Shown here: piece by piece, positions 1 through 9,994 of the stretch | How the letters are laid out: the number at the start of each line of letters is the position of its first letter | Position numbering within the stretch: the stretch's first letter is position 1 | Assembly: GCF_055900595.2 (NCBI RefSeq) | Contig: NZ_CM148325.1 | Direction: 5' to 3' (one strand) | Length of the DNA stretch: 64,000 bases | Made by a program: the position numbers and the translations under genes | Notes under the pieces: model-generated | The model's input: the letters and a program-made list of their open reading frames with translations, nothing else | What the model was told of the DNA's origin: nothing | Database searches by the model: none

Positions 1-573
1 GGTTTTACCGGCATAACCGAAGACATGTTAGCCCACTGGCAGTCATCGCTGGTTCTGCTGGCGCGTGACGCAAAAGGCTTTGCTTCGGTCTGTTATGACG
101 ACGAAGGGGCAATCAAAATCCTGATGCAACGGCTGTATGACCAGGGGCATCGTAATATCAGTTATCTCGGCGTACCGCACAGTGACGTGACGACCGGTAA
201 GCGACGTCACGAAGCCTACCTGGCGTTCTGCAAAGCGCATAAACTGCATCCCGTTGCCGCTCTGCCAGGCCTTGCGATGAAGCAAGGCTATGAGAACGTA
301 GCAAAAGTGATTACGCCTGAAACTACCGCGTTACTGTGCGCAACCGACACGCTGGCACTTGGCGCAAGTAAATACCTGCAAGAGCAACGCATCGACACCT
401 TGCAACTGGCGAGCGTCGGTAATACGCCGTTAATGAAATTCCTCCATCCGGAGATCGTCACCGTTGACCCAGGTTACGCCGAAGCTGGACGCCAGGCGGC
501 CAGCCAGTTAATTGCGCAGGTAACCGGGCGCAGCGAACCGCAACAAATCATCATCCCTGCCACCCTATCCTGA
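1..573 (+). CDS. treR: Trehalose operon repressor TreR, C-terminal part (5' end outside window)
   Basis: ORF 25..573 is in frame with position 1; LacI-family C-terminal sugar-binding domain; sits immediately upstream of treB-treC as in E. coli. Confidence 0.85.
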   Translation, partial: GFTGITEDMLAHWQSSLVLLARDAKGFASVCYDDEGAIKILMQRLYDQGHRNISYLGVPHSDVTTGKRRHEAYLAFCKAHKLHPVAALPGLAMKQGYENVAKVITPETTALLCATDTLALGASKYLQEQRIDTLQLASVGNTPLMKFLHPEIVTVDPGYAEAGRQAASQLIAQVTGRSEPQQIIIPATLS

Positions 574-612
574 TCGTTTCCTGAACGATAAATTGTGATC
601 TTCGCTGCGTTT

Positions 613-626
613 CGGGAACGTTCCCG
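613..626. promoter_or_regulatory. Perfect 14-bp palindrome CGGGAACGTTCCCG in the treB promoter region; candidate TreR operator
   Basis: Palindrome read directly in the sequence, about 65 bp upstream of the treB start; a TGTGA CRP half-site lies just upstream near 588-592. Confidence 0.5.
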
Positions 627-691
627 TTTTTAAATTTTTCCGCGCACTATATTCTGCAGCCAACCAAAAATGTCATCTGCCATGGGGCTTT

Positions 692-2113
692 ATGATGAGC
701 AAAATAAACCAAACGGATCTCGATCGGTTGATTGAACTGGTCGGCGGGCGCGGCAACATTGCGACGGTGAGCCACTGTATTACTCGCCTGCGCTTTGTCC
801 TCAACCAACCGGCCAATGCCAGACCGAAAGAGATTGAGCAACTCCCCATGGTGAAAGGCTGTTTCACCAATGCCGGGCAATTTCAGGTGGTAATTGGCAC
901 CAACGTGGGTGATTACTATCAAGCGCTGATAGCGACGACCGGACAGGCGCAGGTTGATAAAGAGCAGGTGAAAAAAGCTGCCCGGCAGAATATGAAATGG
1001 CATGAGCAGTTGATCTCTCATTTCGCGGAGATCTTCTTCCCGCTGCTGCCCGCGTTGATTAGTGGTGGTTTGATCCTCGGTTTTCGCAATGTGATCGGTG
1101 ATTTGCCCATGAGCAACGGTCAAACGCTGGCGCAAATGTACCCTTCCCTGCAAACGATCTACGATTTTCTATGGTTGATCGGTGAAGCGATCTTCTTCTA
1201 CCTGCCGGTCGGAATTTGCTGGTCAGCGGTGAAAAAAATGGGCGGCACGCCGATCCTCGGTATCGTGCTTGGCGTGACGCTGGTTTCCCCACAGTTGATG
1301 AACGCTTATCTGCTCGGGCAGCAGCTACCGGAAGTATGGAACTTTGGCATGTTCAGCATCGCCAAAGTGGGCTATCAGGCACAGGTTATTCCGGCACTGT
1401 TAGCCGGGCTGGCGCTGGGCGTGATAGAAACTCGCCTTAAGCGTATCGTGCCGGATTATCTCTATCTGGTGGTGGTGCCGGTCTGTTCGCTGATCCTCGC
1501 GGTGTTCCTCGCCCATGCGCTGATTGGTCCGTTTGGTCGCATGATTGGCGATGGCGTTGCCTTTGCGGTGCGTCACCTGATGACCGGCAGCTTTGCCCCC
1601 ATTGGTGCGGCATTGTTTGGCTTCCTTTACGCACCGCTGGTGATCACCGGCGTACACCAGACCACGCTTGCTATAGATTTGCAGATGATTCAAAGCATGG
1701 GTGGCACGCCAGTGTGGCCGCTTATTGCGCTGTCGAATATCGCTCAGGGCTCCGCCGTGATAGGCATTATCATTTCCAGCCGCAAGAGCAATGAACGCGA
1801 GATCTCCGTACCTGCCGCTATCTCCGCCTGGCTTGGGGTCACTGAGCCTGCAATGTACGGCATCAACCTGAAATATCGCTTCCCGATGCTGTGCGCGATG
1901 ATTGGTTCTGGTCTGGCAGGATTGCTATGTGGTCTGAACGGCGTTATGGCGAATGGCATCGGCGTAGGCGGCCTGCCGGGAATTCTCTCTATTCAACCGA
2001 GCTACTGGCAAGTGTTTGTGCTGGCAATGGCTATCGCCATCATCATCCCGATTGTACTCACTTCGTTTATCTACCAGCGGAAATACCGCCTGGGTACGCT
2101 GGACATTGTTTAA
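692..2113 (+). CDS. treB: PTS trehalose-specific EIIBC component
   Basis: 473-aa ORF beginning MMSKINQTDLDRL, PTS EIIB cysteine motif followed by a multi-pass EIIC domain; located between treR and treC. Confidence 0.9.
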   Translation: MMSKINQTDLDRLIELVGGRGNIATVSHCITRLRFVLNQPANARPKEIEQLPMVKGCFTNAGQFQVVIGTNVGDYYQALIATTGQAQVDKEQVKKAARQNMKWHEQLISHFAEIFFPLLPALISGGLILGFRNVIGDLPMSNGQTLAQMYPSLQTIYDFLWLIGEAIFFYLPVGICWSAVKKMGGTPILGIVLGVTLVSPQLMNAYLLGQQLPEVWNFGMFSIAKVGYQAQVIPALLAGLALGVIETRLKRIVPDYLYLVVVPVCSLILAVFLAHALIGPFGRMIGDGVAFAVRHLMTGSFAPIGAALFGFLYAPLVITGVHQTTLAIDLQMIQSMGGTPVWPLIALSNIAQGSAVIGIIISSRKSNEREISVPAAISAWLGVTEPAMYGINLKYRFPMLCAMIGSGLAGLLCGLNGVMANGIGVGGLPGILSIQPSYWQVFVLAMAIAIIIPIVLTSFIYQRKYRLGTLDIV

Positions 2114-2162
2114 TTTTCTTCGGGGCGCAATTGCGCCCCCTCGCATTTGCAGGAATAACGTA

Positions 2163-3818
2163 ATGACGAATCTTCCCCACTGGTGGCAAAACGGCGTTAT
2201 CTACCAGATTTATCCCAAGAGTTTTCAGGACACCACGGGCAGCGGTACCGGCGATTTACGTGGCGTTATCCAACGCCTGGACTATCTGCAAAAACTGGGC
2301 GTCGATGCTATCTGGTTGACCCCCTTTTATGTCTCTCCCCAGGTCGATAACGGATACGACGTAGCGAACTATACGGCGATAGATCCCACTTACGGTACGC
2401 TGGACGATTTTGACGAACTGGTGACGCAGGCGAAATCGCGCGGCATTCGTATCATTCTCGATATGGTGTTTAATCATACTTCTACCCAACATACCTGGTT
2501 TCGCGAGGCGCTGAGCAAAGAAAGCCCTTACCGTCAGTTTTATATCTGGCGCGATGGTGAACCAGAAACGCCACCGAATAACTGGCGTTCAAAATTTGGC
2601 GGTAGTGCGTGGCGCTGGCATGCGGAAAGCGAACAGTACTATTTGCATCTCTTTGCACCAGAACAGGCGGATCTCAACTGGGAGAATCCGACGGTACGCG
2701 CAGAACTGAAAAAAGTCTGTGAGTTCTGGGCCGATCGCGGGGTCGATGGGTTACGCCTGGATGTAGTGAATTTGATCTCTAAAGATCCGCGTTTTCCTAA
2801 TGACCTGGATGGCGACGGGCGTCGCTTCTACACCGACGGGCCACGAGCACACGAGTTTTTGCACGAGATGAACCGCGATGTGTTTACGCCTCGCGGTTTA
2901 ATGACCGTGGGTGAAATGTCCTCCACCAGCCTTGAGCATTGCCAGCGATACGCGGCACTAACAGGCAGTGAATTGTCGATGACCTTTAATTTTCATCACC
3001 TGAAGGTCGATTATCCCGGTGGTGAAAAATGGACGCTGGCTAAACCTGACTTTGTGGCGTTGAAAGCATTGTTCCGCCACTGGCAACAAGGAATGCACAA
3101 CGTGGCATGGAATGCCTTGTTCTGGTGTAACCACGATCAGCCGCGCATTGTTTCTCGTTTTGGTGATGAAGGGGACTACCGCGAACCTGCGGCAAAAATG
3201 CTGGCGATGGTGCTGCATGGCATGCAGGGAACGCCATATATCTATCAGGGCGAAGAGATTGGCATGACTAACCCACATTTCACGCGCATTACTGACTATC
3301 GCGACGTGGAGAGCCTCAATATGTTTGCCGAACTGCGCAACGATGGGCGTGACGCCGAGGAGTTATTGGCAATCCTCGCCAGTAAATCCCGTGACAATAG
3401 TCGCACGCCAATGCAATGGAGCAACGGCGATAATGCCGGGTTTACAACGGGTGAACCGTGGATTGGCCTGGGCGATAACTATCAAGAAATCAACGTAGAA
3501 GCCGCGCTGGCCGATGAGTCCTCGGTGTTTTACACCTACCAAAAGTTAATCGCACTGCGTAAGCAAGAAGCCGTCCTGACATGGGGCAATTACCAGGATC
3601 TGCTGCCAGACAGCCCTGTATTGTGGTGCTATCGCCGTGAATGGAAGGGGCAAACCTTGCTGGTCATTGCCAACCTTAGCCGTGAGATCCAACCCTGGCA
3701 GCCAGGGCAAATGCGCGGAAACTGGCAGCTTGTGATGCATAACTACGAAGAAGTCTCAGCACAACCCTGTGCCATGACTTTACGGCCTTTTGAGGCCGTC
3801 TGGTGGTTACAGAAGTAA
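2163..3818 (+). CDS. treC: Trehalose-6-phosphate hydrolase (GH13 alpha-glucosidase family)
   Basis: ORF-track start 2016 trimmed to the ATG at 2163 (MTNLPHWWQNGVIYQIYP), giving the recalled 551 aa; GH13 motifs present. Confidence 0.9.
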   Translation: MTNLPHWWQNGVIYQIYPKSFQDTTGSGTGDLRGVIQRLDYLQKLGVDAIWLTPFYVSPQVDNGYDVANYTAIDPTYGTLDDFDELVTQAKSRGIRIILDMVFNHTSTQHTWFREALSKESPYRQFYIWRDGEPETPPNNWRSKFGGSAWRWHAESEQYYLHLFAPEQADLNWENPTVRAELKKVCEFWADRGVDGLRLDVVNLISKDPRFPNDLDGDGRRFYTDGPRAHEFLHEMNRDVFTPRGLMTVGEMSSTSLEHCQRYAALTGSELSMTFNFHHLKVDYPGGEKWTLAKPDFVALKALFRHWQQGMHNVAWNALFWCNHDQPRIVSRFGDEGDYREPAAKMLAMVLHGMQGTPYIYQGEEIGMTNPHFTRITDYRDVESLNMFAELRNDGRDAEELLAILASKSRDNSRTPMQWSNGDNAGFTTGEPWIGLGDNYQEINVEAALADESSVFYTYQKLIALRKQEAVLTWGNYQDLLPDSPVLWCYRREWKGQTLLVIANLSREIQPWQPGQMRGNWQLVMHNYEEVSAQPCAMTLRPFEAVWWLQK

Positions 3819-3828
3819 GTATCCGCTA

Positions 3829-3860
3829 AGCCCCGGTAATACTGGTCATTCCGGGGTTTT
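3829..3860 (+). terminator. Rho-independent terminator downstream of treC
   Basis: GC stem AGCCCCGG ... CCGGGGTTTT followed by a T-run. Confidence 0.5.
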
Positions 3861-3879
3861 GCCTTTCAGTATGTTGTTT

Positions 3880-4070
3880 TTGTTGATTTTATAATCAAAA
3901 AATTCATTAAAAAATTTACATAACGCTGTAGCGCCCGTCATCCGTACGCTCTGCTTTTTACTTTGAGCTACATCAAAAAAAGTTCAAACATCCTTGATGC
4001 AAAGCACTATATATAGACTTTAAAATGCGTCCCGACCCAATATGTTGTATTAATCGACTATAATTGCTAC
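3880..4070 (+). promoter_or_regulatory. nrdDG promoter region with AT-rich palindromes; candidate NrdR boxes
   Basis: AT-rich tract upstream of nrdD containing palindromic CACTATATATAG (about 4005-4016), a CATCAA/TTGATG inverted pair (3971-3999) and TTGAT-N6-ATCAA (3883-3898); motif assignment is tentative. Confidence 0.35.
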
Positions 4071-4211
4071 TACAGCTCCCCACGAAAAAGGTGCGGCGTT
4101 GTGGATAAGCGGATGGCGATTGCGGAAAGCACCGGAAAACGAAACGAAAAAACCGGAAAACGCCTTTCCCAATTTCTGTGGATAACCTGTTCTTAAAAAT
4201 ATGGAGCGATC

Positions 4212-6350
4212 ATGACACCGCATGTGATGAAACGAGACGGCTGCAAAGTGCCGTTTAAATCAGAGCGCATCAAAGAAGCGATTCTGCGTGCAGCTAAAGC
4301 AGCGGAAGTCGATGATGCAGATTATTGCGCCACTGTTGCCGCGGTTGTCAGCGAGCAGATGCAGGGCCGCAGCCAGGTGGATATCAACGAGATCCAGACC
4401 GCCGTTGAAAACCAGCTGATGTCGGGTCCATACAAACAACTGGCTCGTGCTTACATCGAGTACCGTCACGATCGCGACATTGAACGTGAAAAACGCGGTC
4501 GCCTGAATCAGGAGATCCGTGGTCTGGTCGAGCAGACCAACGCCTCGTTGCTCAACGAAAACGCCAACAAAGACAGCAAGGTGATTCCAACCCAGCGCGA
4601 CCTGCTGGCCGGGATTGTGGCTAAACACTATGCACGTCAGCACCTGCTGCCGCGTGACGTGGTGCAGGCGCATGAGCGTGGCGATATTCACTATCACGAT
4701 CTCGATTACTCGCCGTTCTTCCCGATGTTCAACTGCATGTTGATCGACCTGAAAGGTATGCTGACCCAGGGCTTTAAGATGGGTAACGCCGAGATTGAAC
4801 CACCGAAGTCGATCTCTACGGCAACCGCGGTAACAGCGCAGATTATTGCTCAGGTCGCCAGTCATATTTATGGCGGCACCACCATTAACCGTATCGATGA
4901 AGTGCTGGCACCGTTTGTCACCGCCAGCTACAACAAACACCGCAAGACCGCAGAAGAGTGGAACATCCCGGACGCCGAAGGTTACGCTAACTCTCGTACC
5001 ATCAAAGAGTGCTACGATGCCTTCCAGTCGCTGGAGTACGAAGTAAACACCCTGCACACCGCCAACGGTCAAACACCGTTTGTGACCTTTGGTTTTGGTC
5101 TGGGCACCAGCTGGGAGTCTCGCCTGATTCAGGAGTCTATCCTGCGTAACCGTATCGCTGGCCTGGGTAAAAACCGCAAAACTGCGGTGTTCCCGAAACT
5201 GGTGTTTGCGATTCGCGATGGCCTGAACCATAAAAAAGGCGATCCGAACTACGACATCAAACAGCTGGCGCTGGAGTGCGCAAGCAAGCGCATGTATCCG
5301 GATATCCTGAACTACGATCAGGTAGTGAAAGTCACCGGTTCGTTTAAAACCCCGATGGGCTGCCGTAGCTTCCTCGGCGTGTGGGAAAATGAAAACGGCG
5401 AACAGATCCACGATGGTCGTAACAACCTCGGCGTGATCAGCCTGAACCTACCGCGCATTGCGCTGGAAGCGAAAGGCGATGAGGCCACCTTCTGGAAGCT
5501 GCTGGATGAACGTCTGGTGCTGGCACGTAAGGCGCTGATGACCCGTATCGCTCGTCTCGAAGGCGTTAAAGCGCGCGTGGCCCCGATCCTCTATATGGAA
5601 GGTGCTTGTGGCGTTCGTCTGAATGCTGACGACGACGTTTCTGAAATCTTCAAAAACGGTCGTGCGTCTATTTCGCTGGGTTACATCGGCATCCACGAAA
5701 CCATTAACGCGCTGTTTGGCGGCGAGCATGTGTATGATAACGAGCAGCTGCGCGCGAAAGGTATCGCCATTGTTGAACGTCTGCGTCAGGCGGTGGATCA
5801 GTGGAAAGAAGAAACGGGTTACGGTTTTAGCCTTTACAGCACGCCAAGTGAAAACCTGTGCGACCGCTTCTGCCGTCTCGATACCGCGGAGTTTGGCGTG
5901 GTGCCGGGCGTGACTGATAAAGGTTACTACACCAACAGTTTCCACCTCGATGTGGAGAAGAAGGTGAACCCGTACGACAAGATCGACTTTGAAGCGCCTT
6001 ACCCGCCGCTGGCGAACGGTGGCTTCATTTGCTACGGCGAATATCCAAACATTCAGCACAACCTGAAGGCGCTGGAAGATGTCTGGGATTACAGCTATCA
6101 GCATGTACCGTATTACGGCACCAATACGCCGATTGATGAGTGTTACGAGTGTGGTTTTACCGGTGAGTTTGAGTGCACCAGTAAAGGCTTCACCTGCCCG
6201 AAATGTGGTAACCATGACGCCTCCCGTGTGTCGGTGACTCGCCGCGTGTGCGGATATTTAGGTAGCCCGGATGCGCGTCCGTTTAACGCTGGTAAGCAGG
6301 AAGAAGTTAAGCGCCGCGTTAAACATTTGGGAAATGGGCAGATCGGTTAA
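4212..6350 (+). CDS. nrdD: Anaerobic ribonucleoside-triphosphate reductase (class III, glycyl radical)
   Basis: 712-aa ORF with an N-terminal ATP-cone, C-terminal cysteine zinc ribbon and a glycyl-radical motif (RVCGYLG). Confidence 0.9.
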   Translation: MTPHVMKRDGCKVPFKSERIKEAILRAAKAAEVDDADYCATVAAVVSEQMQGRSQVDINEIQTAVENQLMSGPYKQLARAYIEYRHDRDIEREKRGRLNQEIRGLVEQTNASLLNENANKDSKVIPTQRDLLAGIVAKHYARQHLLPRDVVQAHERGDIHYHDLDYSPFFPMFNCMLIDLKGMLTQGFKMGNAEIEPPKSISTATAVTAQIIAQVASHIYGGTTINRIDEVLAPFVTASYNKHRKTAEEWNIPDAEGYANSRTIKECYDAFQSLEYEVNTLHTANGQTPFVTFGFGLGTSWESRLIQESILRNRIAGLGKNRKTAVFPKLVFAIRDGLNHKKGDPNYDIKQLALECASKRMYPDILNYDQVVKVTGSFKTPMGCRSFLGVWENENGEQIHDGRNNLGVISLNLPRIALEAKGDEATFWKLLDERLVLARKALMTRIARLEGVKARVAPILYMEGACGVRLNADDDVSEIFKNGRASISLGYIGIHETINALFGGEHVYDNEQLRAKGIAIVERLRQAVDQWKEETGYGFSLYSTPSENLCDRFCRLDTAEFGVVPGVTDKGYYTNSFHLDVEKKVNPYDKIDFEAPYPPLANGGFICYGEYPNIQHNLKALEDVWDYSYQHVPYYGTNTPIDECYECGFTGEFECTSKGFTCPKCGNHDASRVSVTRRVCGYLGSPDARPFNAGKQEEVKRRVKHLGNGQIG

Positions 6351-6372
6351 TCTTCACTCTGCGCTAAGCAAA

Positions 6373-6500
<128 letters not shown>

Positions 6501-6507
6501 CGAAATA

Positions 6508-6972
6508 ATGAATTATCATCAGTACTATCCTGTCGACATCGTCAACGGCCCCGGCACTCGCTGCACCCTGTTTGTCTCCGGGTGTGTTCATGAATGCCCC
6601 GGTTGCTATAACAAAAGCACCTGGCGGGTAAATTCCGGTCAGCCATTTACCAAAGCAATGGAAGACCAGATCATTAACGATCTGAATGACACCCGCATCA
6701 AACGCCAGGGTATTTCCCTCTCCGGCGGCGATCCGCTGCATCCGCAAAACGTGCCGGATATTCTGAAACTGGTACAACGCATCCGCGCCGAATGTCCGGG
6801 TAAAGACATCTGGGTGTGGACAGGCTATAAACTCGACGAACTCAACGCTGCGCAAATGCAGGTTGTTGATTTGATTAACGTGCTGGTCGACGGCAAATTT
6901 ATGCAGGATCTAAAAGACCCTTCCCTGATCTGGCGCGGCAGCAGCAATCAGGTGGTGCATCATTTGCGTTAG
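6508..6972 (+). CDS. nrdG: Anaerobic ribonucleotide reductase activating protein (radical SAM)
   Basis: ORF-track start 6463 trimmed to MNYHQYYPVDIVNGPGTRC for the recalled 154 aa; radical-SAM cysteine cluster; follows nrdD. Confidence 0.85.
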   Translation: MNYHQYYPVDIVNGPGTRCTLFVSGCVHECPGCYNKSTWRVNSGQPFTKAMEDQIINDLNDTRIKRQGISLSGGDPLHPQNVPDILKLVQRIRAECPGKDIWVWTGYKLDELNAAQMQVVDLINVLVDGKFMQDLKDPSLIWRGSSNQVVHHLR

Positions 6973-7212
6973 TCACTCATCCAGTCGGACCTTAATGGCC
7001 TCCTGTGGGTTGGCCAGTCGTTCCCTGACAGTGCGTAACAAGGCTTCTTCACTATCACTGACAGTGAGCGTTTTTACCGGCATTCGTCCATTTTCCGCAA
7101 CGTACTGAAACAGCAGCCGCACTGCTTCAGTAGGCGTGATGTTTAATTTTTCCAGCACCGCATAAGCCTCATTTTTCAGTTTGTCATCCAGGCGGACGTT
7201 AAGTGTGGCCAT
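6973..7212 (-). CDS. RelB/DinJ-family antitoxin-like protein (ribbon-helix-helix), apparently solitary
   Basis: 79-aa ORF MATLNVRLDDKLKNEAYAVLEKLNITPTEAVRLLFQYVAENGRMP... that closely resembles E. coli RelB as I recall it; GGAGG Shine-Dalgarno 5 nt upstream; no toxin-sized ORF adjacent. Confidence 0.6.
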   Translation of the reverse strand: MATLNVRLDDKLKNEAYAVLEKLNITPTEAVRLLFQYVAENGRMPVKTLTVSDSEEALLRTVRERLANPQEAIKVRLDE

Positions 7213-7235
7213 TATGCCTCCGGTAATTATGAAAA

Positions 7236-7270
7236 GTGTAATGCATTATAGCATTACATATGCATTACAT
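7236..7270 (-). promoter_or_regulatory. Candidate promoter and operator of the RelB-like gene
   Basis: Inverted repeat GTAATGC/GCATTAC with the GCATTA(C/T)A motif three times; minus-strand TATAAT at 7245-7250 embedded in the palindrome, about 33 bp upstream of the start codon. Confidence 0.4.
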
Positions 7271-7402
7271 TCATTTCTGGAAAACGCCTCGCAAAAATGA
7301 GGACGACACGCAGGAATATGCCGTAGTGAAGATAGATATTGCGGTGATTTTACGAAGGGGAAGAAAGCGTTGGGCGGTAACGTTTCACCGCCCAATAAGG
7401 AA

Positions 7403-7792
<390 letters not shown>

Positions 7793-7841
7793 TCACTTCC
7801 TTTTTCTTATTAAGATTTGGCGCGGCAGGTCGCGCCTTTTT

Positions 7842-9194
7842 TTACTGCCCGGCGATTTTCATCTCCGGCAACAGCACAGAACCACACTGTATATTGCTGC
7901 GTGTTTCAATATCGTTACCGACGGTGACAATATTGCGCCACATATCTTTTAAATTACCTGCGATGGTGATTTCGCTAACCGGATACTGAATTTCGCCATT
8001 CTCTACCCAGAAGCCCGCAGCACCACGGGAATAATCACCGGTAATGGCACTCACGCCCTGGCCCATCAGTTCCGTCACCACCAGCCCGGTGCCCATCTCT
8101 TTGAGCATTTGTTCGAAGCTTAGCCCTTGTCCGGCAATCCGCCAGTTGTGAATACCGCCCGCATGTCCGGTGCTTTTCAGCCCCAGTTTCCGCGCCGAAT
8201 AGCTGGTCAGCAGCCACTGAGTCAGGATACCATCTTTGACGATATCGCGGCGCTCGGTGCGCACACCTTCGCTGTCGAATGGTGTAGATGCCAGTCCTTT
8301 CAGCAGATGCGGATGCTCTTCAATGGTCAGCCAATCCGGCAGAATTTGTTTACCCAGCGAATCCAGCAGGAAGGTGGATTTACGGTAAACCGATCCACCC
8401 GCTATCGCCCCCACCAAATGACCAAACAACCCTGTTGCCACTTCATTGGCAAAAATTACCGGCGCTTTCATGGTGGAAAGTTTACGCGGTGACAGGCGCG
8501 ATAAAGTACGGCGAGCACAGTCGGCCCCGACCCACTCTGGCGTCTGCAGATCGCTCATCGCGCGACCAATGGTGTAGGCGTAATCACGCTCCATATCGCC
8601 ATTTTCTTCGGCAATTACGCAGCTTGAGAGTGAATGACGCGTTGAGCAATAACCCTGCAACATGCCGTGGCTGTTGCCAAAAACTTTTACGCCGTAGTGG
8701 CTGTTAAAACTGCCGCCTTCGGTATTGGTGATGCGTTTATCCGCCTGTAATGCTGCCTGTTCTGCGCGAGCCGCCAGTTCAATAGCTTCATCCGGGGAAA
8801 CTTCCGCAGGGTGAAACAAGTCGAGATCCGGCGCGTCAAAGGCCAGCAGCTCTTTGTCTGCCACGCCGGCACAGGGATCTGGCGAGGTATAACGGGCAAT
8901 ATCCAGCGCTGCCTGTACGGTGCGGGCAATGGCCTGCGGGCTTAAATCGGTAGACGATGCGCTACCTTTACGGTTCTGGTGATAAACAGTGATCCCCAGC
9001 GCGCCATCGCTATTGAATTCAACATTCTCCACTTCACCATAACGCGTGCTTACGCTAATGCCGGTGGTCTTGCTGACGGCAACTTCCGCACCGTCCGATT
9101 TGCCTGAGGCCAACTCCAGCGCAGTGGAAACTGCTTCTTCCAGAATCTTGCGCTGCGCTTCAACTTGAGAGATTACTTTCATTGCAAGTGCCAT
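7842..9194 (-). CDS. pmbA: Metalloprotease PmbA/TldE
   Basis: 450-aa ORF starting [22 protein letters not shown]; TldD/PmbA family; conserved neighbourhood. Confidence 0.9.
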   Translation of the reverse strand: MALAMKVISQVEAQRKILEEAVSTALELASGKSDGAEVAVSKTTGISVSTRYGEVENVEFNSDGALGITVYHQNRKGSASSTDLSPQAIARTVQAALDIARYTSPDPCAGVADKELLAFDAPDLDLFHPAEVSPDEAIELAARAEQAALQADKRITNTEGGSFNSHYGVKVFGNSHGMLQGYCSTRHSLSSCVIAEENGDMERDYAYTIGRAMSDLQTPEWVGADCARRTLSRLSPRKLSTMKAPVIFANEVATGLFGHLVGAIAGGSVYRKSTFLLDSLGKQILPDWLTIEEHPHLLKGLASTPFDSEGVRTERRDIVKDGILTQWLLTSYSARKLGLKSTGHAGGIHNWRIAGQGLSFEQMLKEMGTGLVVTELMGQGVSAITGDYSRGAAGFWVENGEIQYPVSEITIAGNLKDMWRNIVTVGNDIETRSNIQCGSVLLPEMKIAGQ

Positions 9195-9287
9195 AATGTA
9201 GAGAGTTTCTCTGAAGTCTAACAGAGAACCGTTTTTCAGTGCGCATCTTAACTGGTAACATTAGCCTCTTTTTTTAAGGAGCCTGAG

Positions 9288-9839
9288 ATGACTAAGCAGC
9301 CCGAAGACTGGCTCGACGACGTTCCCGGTGATGACATCGAAGACGAAGACGATGAAATTATCTGGGTCAGTAAAAGTGAAATTAAACGCGATGCCGAGGA
9401 GCTAAAACGCCTTGGCGCAGAAATTGTTGATCTGGGGAAAAACGCGCTGGATAAGATCCCGTTAGACGCGGATCTGCGTGCGGCTATCGAGTTAGCCCAG
9501 CGTATTAAGATGGAAGGTCGCCGCCGCCAGTTGCAGCTCATCGGTAAGATGCTGCGCCAGCGCGACGTAGAACCGATCCGTCAGGCGCTGGATAAGCTGA
9601 AAAACCGCCACAACCAGCAAGTGGTGTTGTTCCATAAACTGGAAAACCTGCGCGATCGTCTGATCGAGCAAGGTGATGACGCCATCGCTGAAGTATTGAA
9701 TCTGTGGCCCGATGCCGATCGTCAGCAACTGCGAACTCTGATCCGCAACGCGAAGAAAGAGAAAGAAGGGAATAAGCCGCCGAAATCCGCGCGCCAGATT
9801 TTCCAGTATCTGCGTGAGTTAGCGGAAAACGAAGGGTAA
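9288..9839 (+). CDS. yjgA: Ribosome-associated protein YjgA (DUF615)
   Basis: 183-aa acidic/basic protein; sits between pmbA and mpl as in E. coli. Confidence 0.85.
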   Translation: MTKQPEDWLDDVPGDDIEDEDDEIIWVSKSEIKRDAEELKRLGAEIVDLGKNALDKIPLDADLRAAIELAQRIKMEGRRRQLQLIGKMLRQRDVEPIRQALDKLKNRHNQQVVLFHKLENLRDRLIEQGDDAIAEVLNLWPDADRQQLRTLIRNAKKEKEGNKPPKSARQIFQYLRELAENEG

Positions 9840-9859
9840 TTTTCGTTGTTGATGTGAGT

Positions 9860-9975
9860 ATGGTTTGCCGGATGCGGTGCACCTGTAGGCCTGATAAGAC
9901 GCATCAAGCGTCGCATCAGGCACTATGCTCAAATGCCGGATGCGGCGTGAACGCCTTATCCGGCCTACACACACT
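9860..9975. repeat. REP/BIME cluster between yjgA and mpl
   Basis: Two or more GCCGGATGCGG...TTATCCGGCCTACA units in inverted orientation; boundaries approximate. Confidence 0.7.
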
Positions 9976-9994
9976 ATATCAGGCTGAGGCAGAA

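Noticed and set aside
3883-3898. TTGAT-N6-ATCAA resembling an FNR site upstream of nrdD
   Set aside because: Canonical FNR sites have a 4-bp spacer; kept only as part of a general regulatory-region call.
4260-5411. 383-aa minus-strand ORF inside nrdD
   Set aside because: Antisense to the well-supported nrdD frame; no recognisable domain.
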